A stretch of DNA of 64,000 nt. It comes from Alphaproteobacteria bacterium. Lineage in GTDB: Bacteria > Pseudomonadota > Alphaproteobacteria > SP197. The notes beneath the pieces were generated by a model, which worked only from the letters and a program-made list of their open reading frames with translations, was not told where the DNA came from and did no database searches. Positions 18,146 to 27,752 of this stretch are shown piece by piece (the stretch's first letter is position 1; every line of letters begins with the position of its first letter). The translations under genes and the position numbers were made by a program. Location of the stretch: positions 5,280,001 to 5,344,000 of the forward strand of contig OZ245842.1 in assembly GCA_965228895.1 (NCBI GenBank). Direction: 5' to 3'.

Positions 18146-21100
18146 TTATTCGGCTGCCGGCCTCAAGGCCATCTCGCGCAACGAGCGGTCGATCCAGAAG
18201 CGGGTCAGTTTTTCGTGCACGCCGTTTTGCGCGAGCCGCTGGGCCAAGCCAGGAAAGTCGACGCAGTCGAGCTGTTGATCCTGGTTGAAACAGGAGAAGA
18301 CGGGCGGCCGGCGTTCACCGGTCAGCGGATCGACATGGGGCTGCAGGCACTGGGCGCAGACCTCTTTCATCATGCATTGCATCGGACTGTTGATGCTGCC
18401 GATCGCGACGTGATTCTGCTTGAGCCAAGCCGAGAAGGCGCCGAAGCGCGCCGCCTTGACCGCCGCCATCATTTTGTCGGAGCCGATGGCGATGATGCGA
18501 TCGACCTCATTGAGGCTGATCGTGACGTCGCCCAGCTTGCCTTCCTGATAGGCGGTGACGGCATCGACGATGTTGCCGACAAAGCTGCGGTCCTGGGGCC
18601 GGCTTGGTTCGAAACCCGGTTGTTCGTCGCACGCCCAGACAATGGTGTCGGCGGCCTGCTCGATCTCCGCGACCTTGTAGCGGTCCTCGACCTTGCGGTA
18701 GCCGGCGACGTAGAGAACCTGATTCCCGGCTTCGCGCATGGCGCGACCGATGGAGAACAGGACGGCGTTGCCCAGGCCGCCGCCGAACAACAGCACCGTT
18801 TCGCCCGACGGGATCTCGGTCGGCGAACCGGTCGGACCCATGACGATCACCGGTTCGTCCTTGCGCAGGCTGGCCACCAGGTCGGACGATCCGCCCATCT
18901 CCAGAACGATCAGCGACAACAGGCCGCGCTCGGGATCGGTCCAGGCGCCCGTCATGGCGAGCGGTTCCATCGCCAACAACGTGTCGGCGGGCTTGCCGCT
19001 GAAACTCTCGTAGTTCTGCAGGCGGTAGAACTGGCCGGGCTTGAAGTTCACCGCCGCCTCGGGCGCATGAACGACAACCTCGACAATGGTTGGCGTCAAC
19101 CGCTCGACCCAGGCGACCGTTGCGACCAGACGCTTGGTGAGGCTCTCGAAGAAGGCCGACTCGCTTTTGCCAGCCGGGGGATCAAGGCGCTCGAGCATGC
19201 GTGTGATCACCGGATAGGCGCGCTTGGCGCCGCCCATCGCCTTGACCACATTGCCGGCGAAACTTGGATGCAGGTCGCCGTGGAAACTGACCGACCGGCC
19301 GTCCGGCGCGATGTGCATGAGGACGTCGGTCTCGGCCGGCTTGGCGACCTGTTCCGGGGCGACCGGCGCCGCGGATTCGTTGAAGGCCTGGAAGTACTTG
19401 CCGTCGAGCGACACGTGGCCGCTGTCTTCGCGCGCCAGAACCGTGTTCGGCTGGGTGCCGGCAGCGACCAATATCGCGCGCGCCGGCAACGTTACCTCGT
19501 TGCCGTCACTGTCGGCCGTGACCAGCGCGGCGGCGTGACCGTATTCATCGATGTCCACGCGTGTCGGCGACAGGCCGGGCGCAAAGCTGATGCCCTCCTC
19601 CAGCGCTAGCGCGACCTCTTCGTGGTTCAGCCGGTAGCTCGGTGAGTCCGTGATGTCGCGGCGATAGGCGATGGTGACGCCGCCCCAGGACTGCACGAGC
19701 TCGCGGATCCGGGCCTCGCGGCCTTCCGCAGCGGCGGCCTCGCGTTCGGCGCGGATGGCGCGGGCGTGAACCAGGAACTCATCGGCGATTCCGGCTTCTT
19801 CGGCGGTCCACGTCTCGCGCAGCTTGCCTTCCCGTCCGTCGGTGGCGAGCGCCTCGTAACGCGCCAGGAACTTTTCGACCTGCACGGGGTAATAGGCCAT
19901 CGACTCGGTCGCCGTATCGATCGCCGTCAGGCCACCGCCGATGACCACTGCCGGCAGGCGAAGCTGCAGGTTGGCAATCGACGGTTGACGGGCCGCGCCG
20001 GTCAGTTGCAGGGCCATCAGGAAGTCCGACGCCATGCGCACGCCGCGCGCCATCGCGTTCGGCATGTCGATATAGGTCGGCTTGCCGGCGCCGGCGGCGA
20101 GCGCGATGTGGTCGAACCCGGCGTCGAATGCGCTGTCGATGGTCAGCGTGCCGCCGAACCGGACGCCACCGAACATGCGGAAGCTATCGCGCCGCTCAAG
20201 CTGCAGGCGGATCAGCTTCAGGAAGTTTTTGTTCCAGCGCACGGTGATGCCGTATTCGGCGACGCCGCCGAAGCCCGCCATCACGCGGTCATCGAGATCT
20301 TCATAGAGTTGGTTGATGTCGCGGATAGGCCGGAACGCGTGACGGTTGCCCAAGAGGTCGATGCCGGAAATTTCCGGTTCCAACGGTTCGATCTTCAAGC
20401 CGTCGACACAGACCACCGTGTGGCCGTCGTTCATCAGGTGATGCGCCAGGTTGAAGCCGGCCGGCCCGACGCCGACCACCAGCACCTTGCGCCCGGTCTT
20501 TTCGCGCGGCACGGGCCGCTCGATGTTCAGCGGGTTCCAGCGCGACAACAGGCTGTAGATCTCGAAACCCCAGGACAGTTCCAGGATGTCCTTCAAGGTC
20601 CGGGTCTCGATCTGCGGAATGTCGACGGGTTCCTGCTTTTGATAGATGCAGGCCTTCATGCAGTCGTTGCAGATACGGTGGCCGGTCGCCGCGCATAGCG
20701 GGTTGTCGACCATGGCGACGGCGAGCGCCGCCAGCGACAGGCCGGAGGCTTTGAGAAGGTTCATCTCCGATACCTTCTCATCGAGCGGACAGCCGGCCAG
20801 CGTCACGCCGTGCGGGCTCTGCTTGAACGCGCCTTCCTTGTCGGTCAGCCCCGTCGAGCAGCTGTCCTTGCCCTGGTTATGGCACCAGATGCAGTAGTTG
20901 GCGTGATCGAGCGCGGCTTCCAGATCCATGCCGTGATCGGTCAGGGCAAACCCTTCGCGCCGGCGCAGGTCGTGCTCGGGCAGTCGCAGCATGGTGACGC
21001 CGCCGATCTCGATCGTCTCGACCGGCACCAGGTGATCGGGGTTCACCTTTTCCGGCAGATGGAACAGCGGGCTCTTGCGGTAGCGGTGCCGGCCTTCCTC

Positions 21101-21619
21101 CGACAACGCGGCCCAGGCGGCGAACCGGGCGGCGGCGGCAAGCGCCTCGGCGTTGACTTCCTCGTCGTCCAGCCATGCCATCACAGCGCGGGCGAAGGAA
21201 AGCTCGGTCAGCGTCTCGCCGATCAGCGCCTCGACCGCACGGCGCAGCGCGGCGCCGTCGGCCGCCGCCAGCTCGTCGGGCTTGAAGGCCTTGGCGGCGC
21301 GCCGGCGCACGAAGATGCGCTTGCATTCGTAGATCGGATTGAGCCGGTCGCGTTCGCCACGCAGGTTCGCCAGTTCGTCACCGACGCCGAACAGCTCGGT
21401 GACGAAGTCTTCGACCGTTGAACCCAGGTCGGTCAGCAGGTCGGAATGGGTCTTGGCGTCAAGACCGGCGGGTTCGCTGCGCGCCGCCATCAGGCGGTTG
21501 AACAGCTCGGCGTCTGTCTCCTTCAAGCGCTCGACAAAGTCGCGGTCGAGACGCACCAACCCATCACGATCGTAGAGGTCGTCGAAGGAAAACCCGAATG
21601 CCAGGGAAAGCTCGGTCAT
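18146..21619 (-). CDS. Large flavo-Fe-S oxidoreductase: GltD/NfnB-like domain fused to PyrK/NfnA-like domain (~1157 aa)
   Basis: N-part: CIWC..C..GCP and RICNDCMKAC Fe-S motifs, GVGPAG, IGGGLTAID. C-part: KPGQFYRL, MGPTG, GGGLGNA, SPMQCMMKEVCAQC..C [2Fe-2S] motif. ATG at 21619 after AAGGTG. Confidence 0.85.
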   Translation of the reverse strand: MTELSLAFGFSFDDLYDRDGLVRLDRDFVERLKETDAELFNRLMAARSEPAGLDAKTHSDLLTDLGSTVEDFVTELFGVGDELANLRGERDRLNPIYECKRIFVRRRAAKAFKPDELAAADGAALRRAVEALIGETLTELSFARAVMAWLDDEEVNAEALAAAARFAAWAALSEEGRHRYRKSPLFHLPEKVNPDHLVPVETIEIGGVTMLRLPEHDLRRREGFALTDHGMDLEAALDHANYCIWCHNQGKDSCSTGLTDKEGAFKQSPHGVTLAGCPLDEKVSEMNLLKASGLSLAALAVAMVDNPLCAATGHRICNDCMKACIYQKQEPVDIPQIETRTLKDILELSWGFEIYSLLSRWNPLNIERPVPREKTGRKVLVVGVGPAGFNLAHHLMNDGHTVVCVDGLKIEPLEPEISGIDLLGNRHAFRPIRDINQLYEDLDDRVMAGFGGVAEYGITVRWNKNFLKLIRLQLERRDSFRMFGGVRFGGTLTIDSAFDAGFDHIALAAGAGKPTYIDMPNAMARGVRMASDFLMALQLTGAARQPSIANLQLRLPAVVIGGGLTAIDTATESMAYYPVQVEKFLARYEALATDGREGKLRETWTAEEAGIADEFLVHARAIRAEREAAAAEGREARIRELVQSWGGVTIAYRRDITDSPSYRLNHEEVALALEEGISFAPGLSPTRVDIDEYGHAAALVTADSDGNEVTLPARAILVAAGTQPNTVLAREDSGHVSLDGKYFQAFNESAAPVAPEQVAKPAETDVLMHIAPDGRSVSFHGDLHPSFAGNVVKAMGGAKRAYPVITRMLERLDPPAGKSESAFFESLTKRLVATVAWVERLTPTIVEVVVHAPEAAVNFKPGQFYRLQNYESFSGKPADTLLAMEPLAMTGAWTDPERGLLSLIVLEMGGSSDLVASLRKDEPVIVMGPTGSPTEIPSGETVLLFGGGLGNAVLFSIGRAMREAGNQVLYVAGYRKVEDRYKVAEIEQAADTIVWACDEQPGFEPSRPQDRSFVGNIVDAVTAYQEGKLGDVTISLNEVDRIIAIGSDKMMAAVKAARFGAFSAWLKQNHVAIGSINSPMQCMMKEVCAQCLQPHVDPLTGERRPPVFSCFNQDQQLDCVDFPGLAQRLAQNGVHEKLTRFWIDRSLREMALRPAAE

Positions 21620-21684
21620 GGCCACCTTGGGGAACGGAACAATGGCGTCAGGCGTCGAAGGCGCCGGCGCGACGGCCTTATATA

Positions 21685-22458
21685 TCATCCAGCTTGCCGG
21701 GCAACGTCTGGAATGGGTGTATCGGCGGCGACCACCTTCGGTGATTCCATAAGGTGGATGCCGCACTCGGCCTTGTCGTTGCCGGCCCAGCGGCCGTCGC
21801 GGATATCGTCATCGCCGGTCACCGGACGGGTGCACGGCGCGCAGCCGATCGAGACATAGTGGCGTTCCAGCAAGGGGTGCTTGGGGAGCTTCTTGTCGGC
21901 GATGAACTTGAAGACATCGCGCCGGTCCCAATCGGCCAGCGGGTTGATCTTGACCCAGCCATCGGAGGCTTCGACCGGCGGCAGGCTTTGCCGGCCGCCG
22001 CCATGGAAACGCTTTCGTCCGGTAACCCAGGCGGCATAGGGGGTCAGCGCCTGAACCATCGGCGTCACCTTGCGCAGGAAACAGCAGGCGTCGGGATTGT
22101 CGCGCCACAGGGTGCCGCCGGGATCGGTCGCCGCGATATCGACGATGTCGGGACCGGCGGAGCGTACGCCGGTCAGTCCCAGGTGAGCGATCACGTGGTC
22201 GCGGTAGGCAAGAGTCTCCGGGAACAGCTGGCCGGTATCCAGGAAGATCACCGGGATGGCCGGGTCGATCTCGGCGGCGAGCGCCAGGAGCGCGACCGCC
22301 TCGGCGCCAAAGGACGAGGCAACGGCGATCTCGCCGGCGAACGGGCCCTCCACCGCGGCTTGCAACAGGTCGCGCCCCGTCAGATGACCGTGGTCCAGGG
22401 CGAACTCGGCGGCCCGCCGTTTCGCGCGGTCGCGGCGTTGCTGGCGCCAGTCGCTCAT
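21685..22458 (-). CDS. cysH: APS/PAPS reductase CysH (Fe-S, APS-reductase type motifs)
   Basis: SSFG, FLDTG, CC.LRK, KINPL, SIGCAPCT, GRW, ECGIH; start overlaps the upstream stop (ATGA). Confidence 0.93.
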   Translation of the reverse strand: MSDWRQQRRDRAKRRAAEFALDHGHLTGRDLLQAAVEGPFAGEIAVASSFGAEAVALLALAAEIDPAIPVIFLDTGQLFPETLAYRDHVIAHLGLTGVRSAGPDIVDIAATDPGGTLWRDNPDACCFLRKVTPMVQALTPYAAWVTGRKRFHGGGRQSLPPVEASDGWVKINPLADWDRRDVFKFIADKKLPKHPLLERHYVSIGCAPCTRPVTGDDDIRDGRWAGNDKAECGIHLMESPKVVAADTPIPDVARQAG

Positions 22459-23015
22459 CCCAGCCATCCCTGTTCGTCGATGTACCGGTCGGTCCGGCGT
22501 TTGACCGCCGCCATGTCGGCGCCGTCGGCGCGCCAGTCGTTCCTGGCCTCAGCCAGTTCGTTGATCCGTCCGGCCCATTCCGGCCCGAACAGCCGCTCGA
22601 CATAACGGCGCAACGAGCCCGCAAGGCCGGGCGCACGGCCGGCGGTCGAGATGGTCAGTGTCAAATCACCGCGCCGAACCAGGGCGGGCAGGTGAAAGTC
22701 GCAATATGGTTTGCGGTCCTCGACGTTGACCAGGACCTTTAGTGCGCGGCAGGCGTCGGCTATCGGCCCCGCAACGGTGTCGCTTAGACCGGCGACAAAC
22801 ACCACGTCGGCCTCCGCGAGGTCGCGGGTCTCGGGCAGGCGCGCCACCAACCGGTCGCTGGCCACCGCCTCCAGGGCGTCGCCCGTCCGGTCGGAATAGA
22901 CCGTGATATGGCGGGCGCCGGCGTTCTCGCAGAACTTGAGCTTGCGCGCGGCGGCCGCGCCACGGCCGACCACCGCGATCTTCAGGCGTGTCACGTCGAG
23001 CTGAACGGGCAACAT
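22455..23015 (-). CDS. Precorrin-2 dehydrogenase / sirohydrochlorin ferrochelatase (CysG N-terminal, SirC/Met8-like)
   Basis: LPVQL, VVGRGAAAARKL, LVNVED...CDFHLPALVRRGDLTLTISTAGRAPGLA; no methyltransferase domain. Confidence 0.88.
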   Translation of the reverse strand: MLPVQLDVTRLKIAVVGRGAAAARKLKFCENAGARHITVYSDRTGDALEAVASDRLVARLPETRDLAEADVVFVAGLSDTVAGPIADACRALKVLVNVEDRKPYCDFHLPALVRRGDLTLTISTAGRAPGLAGSLRRYVERLFGPEWAGRINELAEARNDWRADGADMAAVKRRTDRYIDEQGWLG

Positions 23016-23199
23016 ATCAAGCCACTCCCGCAAGACGGCGCGCCAATGCCAGGTGGCAGGCAAACCGGCGTTGACGCAGGGACAAGCCAGATTTGGGTGT
23101 CTGGGGGCAGGTCAGGGACATCACCATGGTCGGTCTCCGCAGATCCGTGTCGTTCGTGGCCGGATCTTCTGCTTGCGGGTCGCCGACGGTGGCGCGGGC

Positions 23200-23232
23200 A
23201 AAAAAATGCCGCCCTCTCAAAGTGATGGGCGG
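23200..23232 (-). terminator. Riboswitch expression-platform terminator
   Basis: Minus strand CCGCCCATCA-CTT-TGAGAGGGCGG followed by CA and T7. Confidence 0.8.
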
Positions 23233-23237
23233 TCTGC

Positions 23238-23293
23238 CCACCGCTTTAGCCGTATTTCTAGAGCGCCCGCAAGCTGATGATCAAATCGGCGCT
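23238..23293 (-). ncRNA. SAM-II (SAM_alpha-like) riboswitch aptamer
   Basis: Minus strand AGCGCC-GATTTGA-TCATCAGC-TTGC-G-GGCGCT-CTAGAAATACG-GCTAAA-GCGGTGG: P1 AGCGCC/GGCGCT, conserved GAUUU, UUGC and GCUAAA, pseudoknot pairing possible; upstream of sulfur-assimilation genes. Confidence 0.85.
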
Positions 23294-23421
23294 ATGCACA
23301 CGAATATGCGTGCCTGGCGGCGTGGCCGCAAACGAGAAATGCTAGGGCGATTGATAAGTATTTCTAAGGATAAGCTCTGGGCAGGGTCAACGTCCATGGG
23401 GCGCCAGGCCAACCGTATGCG

Positions 23422-23453
23422 GCTCCCTCGGAGAATGATCTCCCCGAGGGAGC
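23422..23453 (-). terminator. Stem-loop downstream of ALDH
   Basis: GCTCCCTCGG..CCGAGGGAGC inverted repeat ~30 bp past the ALDH stop; no clear U-tract. Confidence 0.4.
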
Positions 23454-23483
23454 GCACGTGGCACGAACAGGGTGCCGTGCAGA

Positions 23484-24917
23484 CTACTGCCAGCCGCTGA
23501 CCGACTTCACCTCGAGAAAGTCCTCAAGGCCCCAGACGCCGCCTTCGCGACCGTTACCGGATTGGCGGTAGCCGCCGAACGGTGAACCGGCTCCGCCCGA
23601 ATGGCCGTTGATCTCCACCATGCCGCTGCGCAGCACACGGGCGGTGCGGCGCGCCTTGTCCAGATCCTGGGTCTGAACATAGTTGGTCAGACCATAGGCC
23701 GTGTCGTTGGCCAATTCGATGGCCTCATCCTCGCTGTCGAACGGCGTGATCGCGAGCACCGGGCCAAAGATCTCCTCGCGCCAGATCGTCATGTCCTGGT
23801 CGACATCGGCGAAAACGGTCGGGCGGGCGAACCAGCCTCGGTTCAACCCGTCAGGTCGGCCGGTGCCGCCGGCCACCAGCCGCGCGCCTTCGTCGATGCC
23901 TTTTTGAATCAGACCCTGGATCTTGTCCCATTGCACTTCCGAGACAACGGGGCCTATCTGGCTTCCATCGATGTCGGCGGCGGCGACCTCGGTCTGCTGG
24001 GCGACTGACTGCGCCGTCTCGACCGCCTTGTCGTAGAGCGACCGCTCCACCAGCATGCGCGTCGGTGCGTTGCAGGATTGGCCGGAGTTGTTGAAGCAAT
24101 GGCGCACGCCACGCGTCACGGCCTTGTCGTCCGCATCGGCAAAGATGATGTTCGCGCCTTTGCCGCCCAGTTCGAGCGTCACGCGCTTGATCGTGTCGGC
24201 GGCGTTCTTGGTGATGGCGCGGCCGGCGCGGGTGGACCCGGTGAAGCTGACCATGTCGACATCGGGATGGACGGAAAGCTGGCTGCCCACGCCCGGGCCA
24301 TCGCCATTGACCAGATTGAAGACACCTGCGGGTATGTCGGCGGCATCGACCATCTCGGCAAACAGGTAGGACGAGAGCGGAGCCACCTCGGACGGCTTCA
24401 AAACGACCGTGCAACCCGCCGCGAGCGCCGGCGCGACCTTGAGAACGACCTGGTTCATCGGCCAGTTCCATGGCGTGATCAGCGCACAGACGCCGATCGG
24501 TTCCATGAGGATGCGATCGCCGGGCGCGTGATCGCCCAGCATGCGGTCGAATTGAAAGCTCTTAAGCGTCTCGATCGCGTCTTTCAAATGACCGATGCCG
24601 GCGCCAACCTGGGCGGTGCGCGCCAAGGCGATGGGCGCTCCCATTTCCTGGCTGATCGCCTGGGCCATGTCCTCCGCACGCGCCTTGTAGGCCGCGAGCA
24701 ACCGCTCCAGCGCGGCCACCCGCTCTTCCTTGGGACATTGCGCCCATGCGGGAAGGGCGGCCTTTGCCGCGGCGACAGCCATGTTCGTATCGGCTTCACC
24801 GCCTAGCGAGATCGTCGCGAACGGTTCCTCGGTCGAGGGATTCAACACGGTCAGGTCCTGACCCTCGATTGGCGCAACCCAGGCGCCATTGATGTAAAAC
24901 TCGCGTGCGTCCTGCAT
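23484..24917 (-). CDS. NAD(P)-dependent aldehyde dehydrogenase
   Basis: ITPWNWP, LKPSE, SFTGST, LELGGK, NSGQSC, EEIFGPV, PFGGYRQSGNGREGG; ATG 24917 after GGAGAG. Confidence 0.95.
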   Translation of the reverse strand: MQDAREFYINGAWVAPIEGQDLTVLNPSTEEPFATISLGGEADTNMAVAAAKAALPAWAQCPKEERVAALERLLAAYKARAEDMAQAISQEMGAPIALARTAQVGAGIGHLKDAIETLKSFQFDRMLGDHAPGDRILMEPIGVCALITPWNWPMNQVVLKVAPALAAGCTVVLKPSEVAPLSSYLFAEMVDAADIPAGVFNLVNGDGPGVGSQLSVHPDVDMVSFTGSTRAGRAITKNAADTIKRVTLELGGKGANIIFADADDKAVTRGVRHCFNNSGQSCNAPTRMLVERSLYDKAVETAQSVAQQTEVAAADIDGSQIGPVVSEVQWDKIQGLIQKGIDEGARLVAGGTGRPDGLNRGWFARPTVFADVDQDMTIWREEIFGPVLAITPFDSEDEAIELANDTAYGLTNYVQTQDLDKARRTARVLRSGMVEINGHSGGAGSPFGGYRQSGNGREGGVWGLEDFLEVKSVSGWQ

Positions 24918-25203
24918 GTCTCTCTCCATTGGCGTGCGGATCAACGGGTGATCCGAGCGTTGGTTGGTCAGAAAGCGGCAGGGCTCGACAGCCCCGCGAA
25001 ACGTCGGGAGAACGATGTGATATGTGGTGCGAATAACTATCAGTTGCAATACTCGAAGTTGGCTTTAGGCCGCCAATCCGCTGGTTTAGTCGATCAATCG
25101 AGATCGCGAGGTCTGGCATCCTCAGTGCGGTTTCCGTCGGTTGCGGGGGGACGGTCGGGCGCAGTAAACTCGGCGCCGCGACCCCCGGACGATAAACTGT
25201 TGG

Positions 25204-27567
25204 ATGACCACCATGGCCTTGGCTGAATCCCAGACAAGCCCGGTCCGGCCGCGACTTTTGTTGCCAGGACTGGCCCGTTGGAAGCCGGGACAAGAACGGT
25301 ATCAGGTCACCGGGGGCGGTTCGGTAACCGTGCCGGTGTTCGCCGGCGACCAGATCCATGTCATGGATCCCGAGGGCCGTCAGGCCTGCGAAATCGTCGC
25401 CGTGACCGCAGACGGCCGTGAGGCACCGGGCCTGTTGGGCGCCGAAGACGGCGGACCCGGGCAGGGTTTGCGACAGATGGTGAAGGCTGGCGGCGACAAC
25501 GCAGCCGGTTTGCTGGCGGCGCTCGACAAGCGTGGCCTCGACATTGGCTTTGAGCGCGCCATTCACTGTTTCGGTCCGGAGACGCCGGCCTTCGAGACGG
25601 CGTCGTTTGCGGTCGACGGCGACGGCATCGTCATCGTGGCGGCGCCGGGCGAGGACATGGCGGTCGATACGCACAATCCGCCGACAGCGCTTGAGCTGAC
25701 GATCGAGCGGGCGGATCCCAAGCAGGCGGCCGAAGCCAACCTGCCCGACCCGCTTGCCGATGTGCGTCACGAGCACCGGATCGTTGCCGGCTCCGCCCAC
25801 GCCTTTGAGGTGCGCGAAGGCGAGTACATCCAGATCCTGGATGTCGAGGGGCGCGAGTGTTCGGACTTTCAGGCTTTCGCGACGCGCCAGCTCGACAAGG
25901 GCATCGAGCGCGACATCGACCCGACGGCGACGCGCACGCTGATGGGCGCGATCTATCCCGGCCCCGGCCTCTTCTCAAAATTCTACGACACCGATCTCGA
26001 GCCGAAGCTGGAGCTGATCCAGGACATGGTCGGGCGCCACGACACGTTCGGCTTTGCCTGTACGGCCAAGTACTACGACGATGTCGGCTATCCCGGCCAC
26101 GTCAACTGCACGGAGAACTTCAACAACGCCCTGGCGCCCTATGGCATCGCGCCGCGCGGCGGCTGGCAGGCGATCAACTTCTTCTACAACACCAATATCG
26201 ACGACAACCATCAGCTCTATCTGGACGATCCATGGTCCAGACCGGGCGACCATGTCATCGTGCGCGCGCTGGAAGACATGGTCTGTGTCGCCTCGGCCTG
26301 TCCCGATGACATTTCCGCCGCCAACGGCTGGAACCCGACCGACATCCTGGCCCGGATCTACGCTCCCGAAAACGTTTTCAAGAAAGCGATTGCCTTCCGC
26401 ATGACGCCCGACGCCGAACCTGAAATGACCAAGGAAACCGCATTCCACGCGCGGACCTCCGAACTCACCCGCAACGTCACCGAATACAACGGCTATTGGT
26501 TGCCGACCCACTACACCAACCACGGCAAGGTCGATGAGTACTGGGCTTGCCGCGAAGGCGTGGTGGCGCTTGACCTCAGTCCCTTGCGCAAGTTCGAGGT
26601 CACCGGCCCCGATGCCGAGGAGCTGATGCAGCGCACCCTGACGCGCAATGTCAGGAAGCTGGCCGAAGGCGAGGTCGTTTATTCGGCCATGTGTTACGAG
26701 CACGGCGGCATGATCGACGACGGCACGCTGTTCCGCATGTCGGACACGAATTTCCGTTGGGTCGGCGGCAGCGACTACGGTGGCAAATGGTTGCGCGAGA
26801 AGGCGGCCGAATGGGGTCTGCGCGCCTGGGTCAAGTCGTCGACCGATCAGCTCCACAACTTCGCGGTCCAGGGACCAAAGAGCCGCGATCTCTTGCGCGA
26901 CGTCATCTGGACACCGCCGGCGCAGCCGTCAATGGACGAGGTCGCGTGGTTCCGTTTCACCATCGGGCGTATCGGTGGTCACAACGGTGTGCCCGTCGTC
27001 GTCTCGCGCACCGGCTATACCGGTGAGCTCGGCTATGAGGTCTGGTGCCATCCCAAACACGGGACAGAGGTCTGGGATGCCGTGTGGCAGGCGGGTGAAC
27101 CCCATGGCTTGACGCCGCTCGGCCTCGACGCGCTCGACATGTTGCGCATCGAAGCCGGCCTTATTTTTGCCGGCTACGAGTTCGACGATCAGACCGATCC
27201 GTTCGAGGCGGGGATTGGCTTTACGGTCGCGCTGAAACACGGCGAGGACTTCATCGGCCGCGACGCGCTCGTTCGGCGCAAGGAGAACCCGCAGAAGAAG
27301 CTGGTCGGCCTGGAGGTCGAAGGCGGCGAGGCTGCCGGCCATGGCGACTGCGTCCACATCGGGCGCGCGCAGATCGGCGTCGTCACGTCCGGCATGAAGT
27401 CGCCAATTTTGAAGAAGAACATCGCGCTTGCCCGGTTGGATGTCGCGCACGCCGAGCCCGGCACCGAGGTCGAAATCGGCAAGCTCGACGGCCATCAAAA
27501 GCGCATTCCAGCGACCGTTCAGCCGTTCCCATTCTATGATCCAAAAAAGGAGCGGCCGCGGTCATAA
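25204..27567 (+). CDS. tdm: Trimethylamine N-oxide demethylase (DUF1989 + GcvT)
   Basis: 787 aa; DUF1989 part with HDTFGFAC, GHVNC, SACPDD, NGWNPTD; GcvT part with DLSPLRKFEV, DDGTLFR, SRTGYTGELGYE, LRIEAG. Confidence 0.85.
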   Translation: MTTMALAESQTSPVRPRLLLPGLARWKPGQERYQVTGGGSVTVPVFAGDQIHVMDPEGRQACEIVAVTADGREAPGLLGAEDGGPGQGLRQMVKAGGDNAAGLLAALDKRGLDIGFERAIHCFGPETPAFETASFAVDGDGIVIVAAPGEDMAVDTHNPPTALELTIERADPKQAAEANLPDPLADVRHEHRIVAGSAHAFEVREGEYIQILDVEGRECSDFQAFATRQLDKGIERDIDPTATRTLMGAIYPGPGLFSKFYDTDLEPKLELIQDMVGRHDTFGFACTAKYYDDVGYPGHVNCTENFNNALAPYGIAPRGGWQAINFFYNTNIDDNHQLYLDDPWSRPGDHVIVRALEDMVCVASACPDDISAANGWNPTDILARIYAPENVFKKAIAFRMTPDAEPEMTKETAFHARTSELTRNVTEYNGYWLPTHYTNHGKVDEYWACREGVVALDLSPLRKFEVTGPDAEELMQRTLTRNVRKLAEGEVVYSAMCYEHGGMIDDGTLFRMSDTNFRWVGGSDYGGKWLREKAAEWGLRAWVKSSTDQLHNFAVQGPKSRDLLRDVIWTPPAQPSMDEVAWFRFTIGRIGGHNGVPVVVSRTGYTGELGYEVWCHPKHGTEVWDAVWQAGEPHGLTPLGLDALDMLRIEAGLIFAGYEFDDQTDPFEAGIGFTVALKHGEDFIGRDALVRRKENPQKKLVGLEVEGGEAAGHGDCVHIGRAQIGVVTSGMKSPILKKNIALARLDVAHAEPGTEVEIGKLDGHQKRIPATVQPFPFYDPKKERPRS

Positions 27568-27599
27568 TGATCCACCCGATTCATCTAGGAGGAAAAAGC

Positions 27600-27737
27600 A
27601 TGAAGGGTATTCTGTCGTTGTTGGCGATTATCGGTTTTGCGCTCGGCATCACCGCGTGCAACACGGTTGAGGGCGCCGGCGAAGATATCGAGGATTCCGG
27701 CGAGTGGATTCAGGATCAGGCGGAAGACGATTCGTAG
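27600..27737 (+). CDS. Entericidin EcnA/B-family lipoprotein (45 aa, not in ORF track)
   Basis: MKGILSLLAIIGFALGITA|CNTVEGAGEDIEDSGEWIQDQAEDDS; SD AGGAGG. Confidence 0.9.
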   Translation: MKGILSLLAIIGFALGITACNTVEGAGEDIEDSGEWIQDQAEDDS

Positions 27738-27752
27738 GCCGCCGCTGGTCGC

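Noticed and set aside
18146-21619. Glutamate synthase small subunit (gltD)
   Set aside because: No gltB partner, far too long, and has an extra NfnA/PyrK-like domain.
25204-27567. Glycine cleavage T protein (gcvT)
   Set aside because: Large N-terminal DUF1989 region and no gcvH/gcvP; architecture fits Tdm.
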